The notes beneath the pieces were generated by a model that was not told the DNA's origin, made no database searches, and was given only the letters and a program-made list of their open reading frames with translations. Of a stretch of 64,000 nt of DNA, positions 24,082 to 36,460 are shown in pieces. Source of the DNA: Heterodontus francisci (taxonomy: Eukaryota). The DNA lies in contig NC_090380.1 of the NCBI RefSeq assembly GCF_036365525.1, positions 72,157,757-72,221,756 on the forward strand, in the 5' to 3' direction. Position 1 is the first letter of the stretch. Each line of letters begins with the position of its first letter. Position numbers and translations under genes: made by a program.

Positions 24082-25808
24082 AGCCGGAATTTTACGCCAC
24101 ACCAGCGAGCCGGATGGTGGCGGGGGGCAGTGGAGAATGGAGCGGGAGGCTCCAGGAGGCCTTCCTGACCCACTCCCGCCTCCGCCCCACTTTACGTACG
24201 GCGGGGGGAGGGAGTGCGGAAAACCAGCCGCCCGCCCCAGGCCAATCAAGGCCCTTCAGTTGCCAATTAACAGCCACTTACAGGCCTTCACCTGCCTGGT
24301 GTTTTTCTGAATGGAGGGATGTGACTAGTGGTGTTCCGCAGGGATCAGTGCTGGGACCTTTGCTGTTTGTAATATATATAAATGATTTGGAGGAAAATGT
24401 AGCTTGTCTGATTAGTAAGTTTGCGGACGACACAAAGGTTGGTGGAGTTGCGGATAATGATGAAGATTGTCAGAGGATACAGCAGGATATAGGTTGGTTG
24501 GAGACTTGGGCGGAGAAATGGCAGATGGAGTTTAATCCGGACAAATGTGAGGTAATGCATTTTGGAAGGTCTAATGCAGGTGGGAAGTATACAGTAAATG
24601 GCAGAACCCTTAGGAGTATTAACAGGCAGAGAGATCTGGGCGTACAGGTCCACAGGTCACGGAAAGTGACAACGCAGGTGGATAAGGTAGTCAAGAAGGC
24701 ATACGGCATGCTTGCCTTCATCGGTCGGGGCATAGAGTATAAAAATTGGCAAGTCATGTTGCAGCTGTACAGAACCTTAGTTAGGCCACACTTAGAATAT
24801 TGCGTGAAATTCTGGTCGCCACACTACCAGAAGGACGTGGAGGCTTTGGAGAGTGGACAGAGGAGGTTTACCAGGATGTTGCCTGGTCTGGAGGGCATTA
24901 GCTATGAGAGGTTGGAAAAACTCGGATTGTTTTCACTGGAACGACGGAGGTGGAGGGGCGACATAATAGAGGTTTACAAAGTTATGAGCGGCATGGACAG
25001 AGTGGATAGTCAGAAGCTTTTTCCCAGGGTGGAAGAGTCAGTTACTAGTTTAAGGTGCGAGGGGCAAGGTTTAGAGGGGATGTGCGAGGCAAGTTTTTTT
25101 ACACAGAGGGTGATGAGTACCTGGAACTTGCTGCCAGGGGAGGTGGTGGAAGCAGATATGACAGCGATGTTTAAGAGACATCTTGACAAATATATGAATA
25201 GGAAGGGAATAGAGGGATATGGGCCCCGGAAGTGCAGAAGGTGTTTGTTTAGGCAGGCATTAAGATCGGCGCAGGCTTGGAGGGCCGAATGGCCTGTTCC
25301 TGTGCTGTACTGTTCTTTGTTCCATGGGGATTTTACCCATGGCAAGCGGGTGTCCTGGAGCCGGAAAGCTGTCAGCCTCTCCACGCCCTGGGGGTGCCCA
25401 ACTGAGGGCCGCCCCCGTTTCCCCAACCACCCCCCAGGACCCAAAATGCCCCCCCTTCCTCCCCAAACGATCACCCTTGCCTCACCACAGCACGACCGAT
25501 TAACCCCGGCAAGGCAACCCAAACTTACCTGCAGTCCTGGCTCCATTTCCTCAGCTGGGCTGCAGTCCCAGCAGTGTCCACCATTCCCAGGGGCGCTGCT
25601 GGGACGAAGAGCTGACAACCCTATGATTGGCCGGCAGCTCAATGAGGTTGGACTTCCTCCCTCAAGCAGGTGGAAGTACCGCCTTAGAACAATTAAAGCC
25701 TGGGGACCCGTAAAATATGGGACGGACCCCCAGGCCAGGAATAAGCGGGTTCACCACCGAATTTTACGCGGTGGCCAGCTTCCATCCGCCCAACATAAAA
25801 TCCAGCCC
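24082..25808. mobile_element. Harbinger-type MITE split by a CR1 insertion
   Basis: GCCGGAATTTTAC..TAAAATCCAGCCC termini; rejoined halves match the reverse complement of 34470-35087. Confidence 0.75.
24298..25321 (+). mobile_element. CR1 3' fragment (RT C-terminus + 3'UTR)
   Basis: [21 protein letters not shown]; GGGCCGAA..CCTGT..CTGTACTGTTCT tail. Confidence 0.92.
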
Positions 25809-26554
25809 TATATGTGAGAGAGACTCAAAGACAGATGCAGCGTGGCTTTGGAGGAGTCACACAGACTGGTGTGAAGTGTAAATAGTTATAATGTAATAAA
25901 GGTTAATGTTTTAACTACTCCAGACTAAAGAATCTAGGCAGACTAACTAAGGTGGCAGCATACCGAACAAGCATATAACATAAGCTGAAAGGAATGATGA
26001 CCACTACATCCTGTCATATAATTTAGGTTGCGGAAGTAGACTAGGGAGGAAACGTGCAGATTACAATGTTTAAAGGTTTACTGAGCACTAGAAAAGTTCC
26101 ACAGGATTAGAAGTAAGCAGATGCAATGCCTGTAATTTAAAAAAAGAGACAAATCTGACCCAGGTAACTACAGGCCCAATAGACTTAAGTTTGGACTGGG
26201 TAAAATAATGTAAACAATACTAAAGAGAGAATAGGTGGATATATACTGTACAATTTTGTCCCATGAAAATGACAAATCTGCATGTATTGTTCATCCCAGG
26301 ATACCTTGACAAGGTGGTAGTAGGTCTTCTTCATAAATCGCTACAGTCTCGTGGTGATGGTGCTCCCATGATGGTGTTATGTAGGGAATTTCAAGATTTT
26401 GACACAGCAACAATGAAGCGATGGTGTATATGTTCAAGTCAGTTCTTTTGTAGTAACCAACAGTCTTCATAGAAGGGGAAGGCTCTGTTTGGCAATCATC
26501 CTCAACCTTCCTGGTTACATTACAAATAAGACAGTAAAGGCTTTTACAATAGAG

Positions 26555-26882
26555 TGGCACAGTGGTTAGCACCGCAGCCTCACAGCTCCAACGACCCAGG
26601 TTTGGTTCTGGGTACTGCCTGTGCAGAGTTTGCAAGTTCTCCCTATGACCGCGTGGGTTTCTGCCGGGTGCTCTGGTTTCCTCCCACAGCCAAAGACTTG
26701 CAGGTTGATAGGTAAATTGGCCATTGTAAATTGCCCCTAGTGTAGGTAGGTGGTAGGAGAATTGTGGGGATGTGGTAGGGAATATGGGGTTAACGTAGGA
26801 TTAGTATAAATGGGTGGTTGATGGTCGGTACAGACTCGGTGGGCCGAAGGGCCTATTTCAGTGCTGTATCTCTCTATGACTC
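26555..26882 (+). mobile_element. HE1-type V-SINE
   Basis: tRNA head, V-domain GGGTGCTCTGGTTTCCTCCCAC, CR1-like tail. Confidence 0.88.
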
Positions 26883-27522
26883 GAAAATCATTTATTTGGA
26901 TTTTCAGAAGGCCTTTGACAAACTTTCACATGAAAAAGTGTTAAATAGAATTCATGGGAATCTAGGAGAGAACATGGAACATATTAGAAATTGGATTAAA
27001 AGATTGGATAAAAAATAAGAAACTGAGGGGTATGGATCCAGCTGGGGACAGTACTGATGACCATCACAGAGGTCAATGTTTAATACTTTGTTGTTTTCAT
27101 ATTGACAGAAGTAGCCATAATACAATATTGTTAAATTTTCAGATAAAACTGAAATAGGGAGCAAGTTAGGGACAAAAAGGTAGTTTTGAAGAAGGGTTTT
27201 GATTTGTTATGCAATTATTCACATAAATTATAAATGAAATCTAATGCTGATAAAAGCAAATTATTCCATATTGATAGAAAAAATGAGAAACATGCAGAAT
27301 ATCAAATGGAAGTAGAACAGGCAGGCTTTGAAAGGGACCTGGAGTGACTGGAGACTCAGCAATTTCACTATTGAAACAATGTGGAAAAGTAATTAAAAAT
27401 GCACAGCAAGTGTGGGATGCATAGCAGAATAGTGGAGTATAAATTTTCATAGGTTACGTTAGGTTATAATGTAGTGGCCTCAGTGGGGATATTAACCCTG
27501 ATCTTGAGGCACTGCCAACAGT

Positions 27523-27869
27523 GGGCGGCACAGTGGCGCAGTGGTTAGCACCGCAGCCTCACAGCTCCAGCGACCCGGGTTCAATTCTGGGTACTGCCTG
27601 TGTGGAGTTTGCAAGTTCTCCCTGTGTCTGTGTGGGTTTCCTCCGGGTGCTCCGGTTTCCTCCCACAGCCAAAAGACTTGCAGGTTGACAGGTAAATTGG
27701 CCATTATAAATTGCCCCTAGTATAGGTAGGTGGTAGGGGAATATAGGGACAGATGAGGATGTGGTAGGAATATGGGATTAGTGTAGGATTAGTATAAATG
27801 GATGGTTAATGGTCGGCACAGACTTGGTGGGCCGAAGGGCCTGTTTCAGTGCTGTATCTCTAAATAAAT
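27523..27869 (+). mobile_element. HE1-type V-SINE, full length
   Basis: A box TGGCGCAGTGG, B box GGTTCAATTC, V-domain, CR1-like tail. Confidence 0.92.
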
Positions 27870-28700
27870 TTTAAAAAAAGTGCTGAACCTCAGTGTTGGT
27901 GAGCACAGGTCAGAAAATTCTACATGCCTATTTTGCTGTGTGTGGCATTTTTGAACAAATGATTTCCAATGGCAAAAGGAAACCGAACGACAGGACTTCC
28001 CAAACCTCATTAGCATAGAATATCTATTTAAATCTGGTCCCCTGAAATGGCAAATTGCATTTATTGCTCATCCTCGTTTCTTTGAGAAGTTAGGAGCAGG
28101 TCTCCTTGAACCCCGACAGTCCATGTGATGATGGTGCTTCTATGACGATATTATGTCAGGATTATGTAGTGACAATGAAGGGATGGTGGTATGTGTCCAA
28201 GTCAAGATGTGTGTGAATTGAAGGGAAATTTGCAGATGATGGTGCTGCCAAGACGTTGCTGCCCTTATCTTTCTTGGTGATAGTGGTCATAGGGCCAATA
28301 GCAACAAATTTCTTTCTCATTTGCAACCAGGTATGAGAAACCTCCTTCAAGCAGCTCGCACCTCTGCTTTTACACAAAGGTAATTTACAGCCCACACATG
28401 TCTAACCCTCCTTTGAAACGTCTCCTGCAGCAAGTTATTCAACTCTTCAGCCGGCTTTCGACAAGAGCAACTCACCGAGTCCCACTCCCCTGCCTATAGC
28501 CCTGCAAATTTTTCTCTTCAGAAAAAATAGTCCAGTTCTCTTTTGAAAGACACGATTGAATCTGCCTCCACCACACTCTTAGGCAGCGCATTCCAGATTG
28601 TAACCACTGGCTGTGTAAAAACGTTTTTCCTCATGTCACTGTTGCTTCTTTTGCCAATCACCTTAAATCGGTGTCCTCTGTTTCTGGATCTTTCCATCAC

Positions 28701-31700
28701 AGAATAATACAGTGCAGAAGAGACCCTTCAGCCCATTGAGTCTGCACCGATGCATTAAAACACCTGACCTGTCTACCTAATCCCATTTGCCAGCACTTGG
28801 CCCATAGCCTTGAATGTTATGGTGTGCCAAGTGCTCATCCAGGTACTTTTTAAAGGATGTGAGGTAATCTGCATCTACCACCCTCCCAGGCAGGGCATTT
28901 CAGACTGTCACCACCCTCTGCGTAAAAAAGTTCTTCCTCAAATCCCCCTTAAACCTCCCGCCCCTCACTTTAAACTTGTGACCCCTTGTAACTGACCCTT
29001 CAACTAAGGGGAACAGCTGCTCCCTATCCACCCTGTCCATGCCCCTCATAATCTTGTACACCTCGATCAGGTCACCCCTCAGTCTTCTCTGCTCCAGCGA
29101 AAACAACCCAAGCCGATCCAACCTCTCTTCATAGCTTAAATGTTCCATCCCAGGCAACATCCTGGTGAATCACCTCTGCACCCCCTCCAATGCAATCACA
29201 TCCTTCCTATAATGTGGTGACCAGAATTGTACAGTACTCCAGCTGTGGCCTTACCAAAGTTCTGCACAACTCCAACATGCTTTTGTAATCTATGCCTCGA
29301 TTGATAAAGGCAAGTGTCCCATCTGCCTTTTTCACCACCCTATTAACCTGCCCTTCTGCCTTCAGAGATCTATGGACAAACACACCAAGGTCCCTTTGTT
29401 CCTCGGAATTTCCCTGTGTCAGGCCATTCATTGAATACTTCCATGTCACATTACTCCTTCCAAAGTGCATCACCTCACATTTTTCAGGGTTAAATTCCAT
29501 CCGCCGTTTTTCTGCCCATTTGACCATCCCGTCTTTATCTTCCTGTAACCTAAGACACTCCACCTCACTGTTAACCACTCGGCCAATCTTTGTGTCATCC
29601 GCGAACTTACTGATCCTACCGCCCACATAGTCATCTATGTCGTTTATATAAATGACAAACAATAGGGGACCCAGCACAGATCCCTGTGGTACGCCACTGG
29701 ACACTGGCTTCCAGTCACTAAAACAGCCGTCTGTCATCACTCTGTCTCCTACAGCTAAGCCAATTTTGAATCCACCTTATCAAGTTACCTTGTATCCCAT
29801 GTGCATTTGCTTTCTTGATAACTCTCCCATGTGGGACCTTGTCAAAGGCTTTGCTGAAATCCATGTAAACTACATCAACTGCACTACCCTCATCGACACA
29901 CCTGGTCACATGCTCAAAAAATTCAATCAAATTTGTTAGGCATGACCTCCCTCTGACAAAGCCATGCTGACTATTGCGAGTCTTATAAATTGTCACTAGT
30001 ATAGGTAGGTGGTAGGGAAATATAGGGACAGGTGGGGATGTTTGGTAGGAATATGGGATTAGTATAGGATTAGTATAAATGGGTGGTTGATGTTCGGCAC
30101 AGACTCGGTGGGCCGAAGGGCCTGTTTCAGTGCTGTATCTCTAATCTAATCAAAAAAAGTTTCTCTACCACTGACGTGAGACTCACTGGTCTGTAGTTCC
30201 CTGGCTTATCTCTACAACCTTTCTTAAATAGTGGGACCACATTACCTGTTCTCCAGTCCTCTGGCACCTCCCCCATGGCCAGAGAGGAATTAAAAATTTG
30301 GGTCAGAGCCCCTGCAATCTCCACCCTCACCTCCCACAGCATCCTGGGACACAAATCATCCAGACCTGGAGATTCATCCACTTTTAAGCCTTCCAAAACC
30401 TCCAATACCTTGTCATTCCCTATGACAATTTGCTCAAGAACCTCACAGTCTTTCTCTAAGTTCCATATCTACATCCTCATTCTCTTGGGTGAAGACAGAT
30501 GTGAAGTATTCGTTCAATACCCTACCAATGTCCTCTGGCTCCAACCACAAATTTCCCCCTTGGTCCCTAATGGGTCCTACTCTTTCCCTGGTTATCCTCT
30601 TCCCATTGATATACTTAGAGAATATCTTGGGATTTTCCCTACTTTCACCAGCCAGAGCTTTCTCATATCCCCTCTTTGCATCTCCTAATTGCTTTCTTAA
30701 GCTCCATCCTACACTTTCTGTACTCCACTAATGCTTCCATTGATTTGCTCTCCTTGTATTTGCTAAAAGCCTCTCTTTTCCTTCTCATCGTACCCTAAAT
30801 GTTTCTGGTCATCCATGGTTCTCTGGGCTTATTGCTCCTACCTATTACCCTAGAGGGAACATGTTGGGCCTGTACCCTCCCCATTTCCTTTTTGAATGCC
30901 CCCCACTGCTCTTCTGTAGATTTCCCAACAAGTAACTCTTTCCAGTCTACCTTGGCCAGATCCTGCCTTATTTTACTAAAATTCGCTCTCCTCCAATCCA
31001 AAACCTTTTTTTGCAACTTGTCTATTTCTTTCTCCATAACAAGCTTAAATTGTACCATGTTTATGGTCACTATCACCAAAATGTTCCCCCACCAACACAT
31101 CAACCACCTGTCCGGCTTCAATCCCCAGAATTAGGTTTAGCACTGCACCCTCCCTTGTTGAATCCTCTACATATTGAGCTAAAAAGTTCTCCTGCATACA
31201 TTTTAAGAACTCCACTCCATCTAAGCCCTTAACACGATGACTATCCCAATTAATGTTGGGAAAGTTGAAATCACTGAATATAATTACCCTATTATTTTTA
31301 TACACCTCTGCAAATTGCGCACATATTTGCTCCTCAATTTCCCGTTGACTATCTGGGGATCTATAATAAACACCTAGCAATGTGGCTGTCCCTTTTTTAT
31401 TCCTAAACTCTACTCATAAAGCTTCATTTGATGCCCCCTCCAAGATATTATCTCTCCTTACTGCAGTAACTGACTCCTTAACTAATATTGCAATGCCCCC
31501 TCCTCTTTTACCCCCTCCTCTGTCTCGCCTGAAGATTCTCTATACCGGGATATTGAGCTGCCAATCCTGCCCCTTCCTCAACCATGTCTCCGTGATGGCT
31601 ACTATATCAATTCCACATGTCAATCATTGCCCTTAACTCATCCGTTTTGCCTGTAATACTCCTGGCATTAAAGTAGAGGCCATCCATCCTGGTCTTACTC

Positions 31701-33310
31701 CCTTGAAACTTACTTCCGCTGTACTCCCTCTGACTTGTTTGCTTTCCTGTGCTTAGCTGTGTCCCTATTCTGCTAGGAGTCTGCGTCCCCTCCCCCTGCC
31801 AATTTAGTTTAAACTCCTCCCAACAGCACTAGCAAACCAGCCAGCAAGGATGTTAGTCCCCCTCTGGTTCAGATGTAGACCATCCCGCTTGTACAGGTCC
31901 CACCTTCCCCAGAAATGGTCCCAGTGCTCCAGGAATCTAAAACCTTCCCTCCTGCACCAACTCTTAAACCACACATTCATCTGTGCTATTCTCCTATTTC
32001 TATACTCGCTAGCACGTGGCACTGGGAGTAATCCAGAGATTACAACCAGAGAGGTCCTGCTTTTTAGTCTACTGCCTAACTCCCTGAATTCTTGATGCAA
32101 GACCTCATCTCTCTTTCTACCTATGTCATTGGTACCAACATGTACCGTGACCTCTGCCTTATCACCCTCCCCCTTCAGGATGCCCTGCAGCCATTCAGTG
32201 ACATCCCGGACCCTGGCACCAGGGAGACAACACACCATCCTGGAGTCACGTTGACGGCCACAGTCGCGCCTATCTGTTCCCCTGACTATAGAATCCCTTA
32301 TTACTATTGCTCTTCCTCTCTTTCCCCTTTCCTGTGCAGACAGGCTGCTTGCAGTGCCAGAAGCTGTCTGCACTCCCTGGAGGAACCAGCCTCATCCGCC
32401 TCCAAAATGGAATACCAATTTGCAAGCGGGACCTCAGGGGACTCCTGAACTACCTGCCTGTTTCTCTTGGACTGCCTGGTGGTCACCCATTCCCTTCCTT
32501 CCTCAAGTCCCTTCAGCTGCGGTGTGACCACCTCTCTATACGTGCTATCCACAATGCTCTCAGACTCACAGATGCTCCACAGTGTTTCCAGCCGCCGTTC
32601 CAGCTCTGAAACCCGAGCTTCCAGGAGCTGCAGCTGGACACACCTCCTGCACACATGCTGGTCCTGGGGACTGGAAATGTTCCCGGATTCCCACATGCAG
32701 CAAGAGGAGCAAACCATGGCTTCAAGCTCTCTTGCCATGACTAAACCCTTTAAAATTTAAAACTATAGAAGATTATAATTTAAAAAAACAGTTAAGTCTT
32801 GCTAAAACAATGACTTACAATTCAATCCACTTTGAAAAGTACCCACCAGGACTTACTCACCTGTCAACTGTGCTCTTTGGAGACTCTCAGCTCCCCTCAC
32901 TCTGAGGACAGGTAGGAAATGAAAGGAGCTGCTCGCACCCTCCTCACCGAACTTCCTCAGTTACCAAACTTCCACTATAGCACTCTAATGCGACCCAAGT
33001 CAGCACTCTAGTACAAACAAGGTCAGCACTGTAAGATGGCCCACTTTTATACTGACTGACTCTAGCCCCTGAAAACTGGTTTAAGCCAATTCTCTAATTA
33101 ACAAGGTGCAGCTGCAAGCAGAGCCTGAGTGAACCCTGTTTAAAGCTGGTCTAAAACTCACCTTCTCCAACCCAAACAGCAACTGTTAAGTTATTCTGCT
33201 AAATGAAAGACAGATTAGACTTAAGATAAAATTAACCCTTAATTATCCTCAGTTACCAAACTTCCACTATACCACTCTAATGCTACCCAAGTCAGCACTC
33301 CAGTGCAAAC
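28701..33310 (-). mobile_element. Full-length decayed CR1 LINE
   Basis: 5'UTR, frameshifted ORF1 (32738-31804; CxxC, HVGTND, DGLHL), fragmented APE-RT, 3' tail at 28701. Confidence 0.93.
29983..30151 (+). mobile_element. 5'-truncated HE1-type SINE inside the CR1
   Basis: Near-identical to 37930-38093; (TAATC)n tail. Confidence 0.88.
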
Positions 33311-34469
33311 CAATGGGAATGGTTTCTCCCTATCTACTCTGTCCAGACCCGTCATGATTTTGAACTCCTCTATCAAATCTCCTCTTAACCTTATCTTCAA
33401 GGAGAACAGACCCAGCTTCTCCAACCTATCCATGTAACTGTAGTTCCTCATCCCTGGAACCATTCTCATGAGTCTATTCTGCACCCTCTCTAATGCCTTA
33501 ACATCCTTCCTCTAAAGTGTGGTGCCCAGAACTGGACACAATACTCCAATTGAGGTCAAACCAGTGTTTTATACAGGTTTTTCATAACTTTGTTTTTCTT
33601 GTGCTCTGTGACTCTATTTATAAAGGCTAGGATCCCATATGTTTATTAACCGCTTTCTCAACCTGCCCAGCAACCTTAAATGATTTGTGCATATATACCC
33701 ACAGATCCCTCTGCTCCTGCAATCCCTTTAGAATTGTGTCCTTTTAATTTATATTGCCTCTCCTCGTTCTTCCTACCAAAATGAATCACTTCCCACTTTT
33801 CTTTATTAAATTTCATCTGCCATTTCACCAACCTGTCTATGCTGTCTTGAAGTTTATCACTATTCTTCACACAGTTCACAACACTTCCAAGTTTTGTGCC
33901 ATCTGAAAATTTTGAAATTGTGCCCTTTGCACCCAAGTCTAGGTCATTAATATATAACACCGACCCCTGGGGAACCCCACTATACACCTTCTTCCAGTCC
34001 GATAAACAATGTTCACAACTACTCTCTGTTTCCTGTCACTGAGCCAATTTCATATCCATGCTGCTACTGTCCCTTTTATTCCATGCACTCTATCTTTGCT
34101 GACAAACCTGTTATGTGCCACTTTTTCAAATGCCTTTTGGAAGTCCATGTACACCACATCAACTGCATTACTCTCATCAACCCTCACTGTTGCCTCTTCA
34201 AAAAACTCAAGCAAGTTAGTTAAACACAATTTGCCCTTAACAAATCCATGTTGGCTTTCCTTAACTTATCCACATTTGTCCAAGTGACTATTAATTTTGT
34301 CCCAAATTATCATTTCTAAAATCTTTCCCACCACCAAGGTTAAACTGACTGGCCTGTAATTGCTGGGCTTGTCCTTGCACCCTTTTTTGAACAAGTGTGT
34401 AACATTGGCAATTCTCCAGTCCTCTGGCACCTGAAGAAAATTATGTTCTAACTTCTTGTATTGTACACA

Positions 34470-35087
34470 GTGGCCGGAATTTTACAGTGGATGGACGGGA
34501 GCCAGACTCCGACGTAAATGTTGGTGCCGAACCTGCTTCCACCCAGCCTGGGGATCCATCCCATATTTTACGGATCCCCAGGCTTTAATTGGCCCGAGGA
34601 GGGACTTCCACCCACTTGAGGGAGGAGGTCTCGCCTCAGTGAGCTGCTGGGAGCAGTGGCCACTGCTGGGACTGCAGCCCAGCCAACCAAGGAGGATACC
34701 AAGGAACCGGTACTGAAGGTAAGTTTGGGTTGCCTCACCAGGGGAATCGGTCGTGCCCTGGTGAGGCTAGGGTAGTCCGATTGCCAGCCCCCGGGGTGCG
34801 GAAAGGCCAGCAGTTATAGCTGGGCGGCCTTTCACGTCCCCGGCACACCCGCTTGCCACGGGTAAAATACCCGTGGAGGCGGGCGAAAGCCCATAAGTGG
34901 CCACTTAAGGGTCTTGATTGGCCTCGGGCGGGTGGGCCGCTTCTCAGTCCCCGACCCCCCGCCAGACCTCCGTAAACCTGTTTGGAGGCAGAATCGGGGC
35001 GGTTAAGCCTCCCGGAACCTGCCGCTCAATTTTACGCCACGCCGATGCCACCATCCGACCCGCTGGGACAGCGTAAAATACTAGCCA
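34470..35087. mobile_element. Harbinger-type MITE, inverted relative to 24082-25808
   Basis: GGCCGGAATTTTAC..GTAAAATACTAGCC termini. Confidence 0.75.
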
Positions 35088-35169
35088 GTCTCTTTTAGCT
35101 CAACCCAACATACACTGTAATTTCTCTCACTTCAAAGTGTGCCTCACTATCTTTCTTTTGCTTCTGCAG

Positions 35170-35586
35170 ATACAAACCTACAGCTCAGTAACAATAACAT
35201 AACTCTATCAAGCAGTGAGGATGCTGCTGTTGAACTTGAATGTCATATTATCAACCAGACACAGACGCAGTCGCAATTTTCAGTTACATGGTATTTCCAA
35301 AATGAAGAGGATCCAAAGGCCAAGGAGACAGCACTTCTCAAAACCGATCGAAATAATATCCTACAGTACAATGGTGACTTGCATTCAGATCCTCAAAAGA
35401 AAATGAAATTCCAAAGTGTGAAGACCTCCAACAAAATTTACAAGTTGATCATACAGAAGGCAGCACTGAGTGACAGTGGTGTTTACTTTTGCAATGTGGA
35501 GGAATGGGTCATGAGCCCCCGAAATGAATGGGTTATTCAGGCACATGCTCGCTCTGGATCAACAATCCTTCGAGTCCAGTCACCAG
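35170..35586 (+). CDS. CD101: CD101-like Ig V domain 7
   Basis: ELECHI..SQFSVTW..DSGVYFCNVEEWVMSP; ctgcag| and G|gtaaca; 417 nt. Confidence 0.9.
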
Positions 35587-35684
35587 GTAACATCTGTAAC
35601 TATTTTACCAGAATCCAAATTGCTTTATTAGAACATTATTCTCACTCTTCTGGGACATGATTCCAAACCAGTCTGTTTAGAAGT

Positions 35685-35822
35685 TCCAAAGAAGGGTCAC
35701 TGACCCGAAGCGTTAACTCTGCTTCTCTTTTCACAGATGCTGCCAGACCTACTGAGTGGTTCCAGCATTTCCTGTTTTTATTTCAGATTTCCAGCATCCA
35801 CAGTATTTTGCTTTTATATTAT
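35685..35822 (+). mobile_element. Penelope-like terminal-repeat fragment with degenerate hammerhead core
   Basis: Matches 46264-46398; flanked by TGT(T/A)TAGAAGT duplication (35674-35684, 35823-35833). Confidence 0.8.
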
Positions 35823-36133
35823 TGTATAGAAGTGATGATGGTCATGTTAACTACTAGAATAGGATTCTTGGTTATGTGTATATTAGAACATTGACCTTTT
35901 CTTTCCCTTCATTGACACTAAGCCGAAACTCAACCTGCACAAAGATGAATTGATTATGGAGCAGTGTGTTAGAACACATCTTTTTATCACTTTGATCTAA
36001 GTTGATAACCAGAATCTAGAAAGGAAGTTATGGTTTCTTCTCTGGTACTTGACAAGAACATTGAAGTACATGATCATTGAAGTACAAGAAACTTGCCCTA
36101 ATAATTATCAGAAATATATTTATATAATATTGA

Positions 36134-36460
36134 GGGGCTGAATGGAGAACTGAATTAGCATACTGCCCTTTCACCTCAGGGATTTGGGTTTGAATTTAGC
36201 ACAAATTATAGAAATAAAGGCTCCTCTGTTTTCTAGCTGCAAGGGCCCTACATGAAATAAGCTCAGGCAGGCTCAACTCATTTCCGAGTGCTTGTGGGCT
36301 CAAAGCGCACAACTTCCCATCATTTGTCACTAATTGGCTTTAAGTCAGATATTAGGGAAGTGTCACACTAATGCAGTAGAAAATACTTTTCTCAGGTCAT
36401 ACTGAAGTCACTTTGTTGGTCAGAGCTTTATTCTGCACTTGACTATAATATACCTGACTT
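36134..36460 (+). mobile_element. Ancient LF-SINE-like tRNA SINE
   Basis: GCCCTTTCACCTCAGGGATTTGGGTTTGAATTTAGC head and CACTAATTGGC block recall the LF-SINE consensus. Confidence 0.45.

Larger units (their letters stand above)
28480..34431 (-). mobile_element. Older CR1 (28480-28700 + 33311-34431) split by a younger full-length CR1
   Basis: The RT C-terminal frame (..DREKPFPL / MMERSRNRGH..) continues across the insertion. Confidence 0.8.

Noticed and set aside
24298-25321. Displaced missing 3' end of the CR1 at 16720-20171
   Set aside because: It overlaps that element by ~400 nt with many substitutions, so it is an independent subfamily insertion
24114-25817. 567-aa ORF as a novel chimeric gene
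   Set aside because: It is MITE + CR1 RT fragment + MITE. The RT frame is lost by a deletion near 25045 and the remainder is GC-rich non-coding sequence open by chance.
27523-27600. tRNA genes at A/B-box sites (also 37747, 47080, 52421)
   Set aside because: They continue into SINE bodies and tails and do not form complete cloverleafs
7804-35586. V-set exons as rearranging Ig/TCR/IgNAR V segments
   Set aside because: Each ends in a splice donor, not a heptamer-nonamer RSS, and all match EWI-family domains in order
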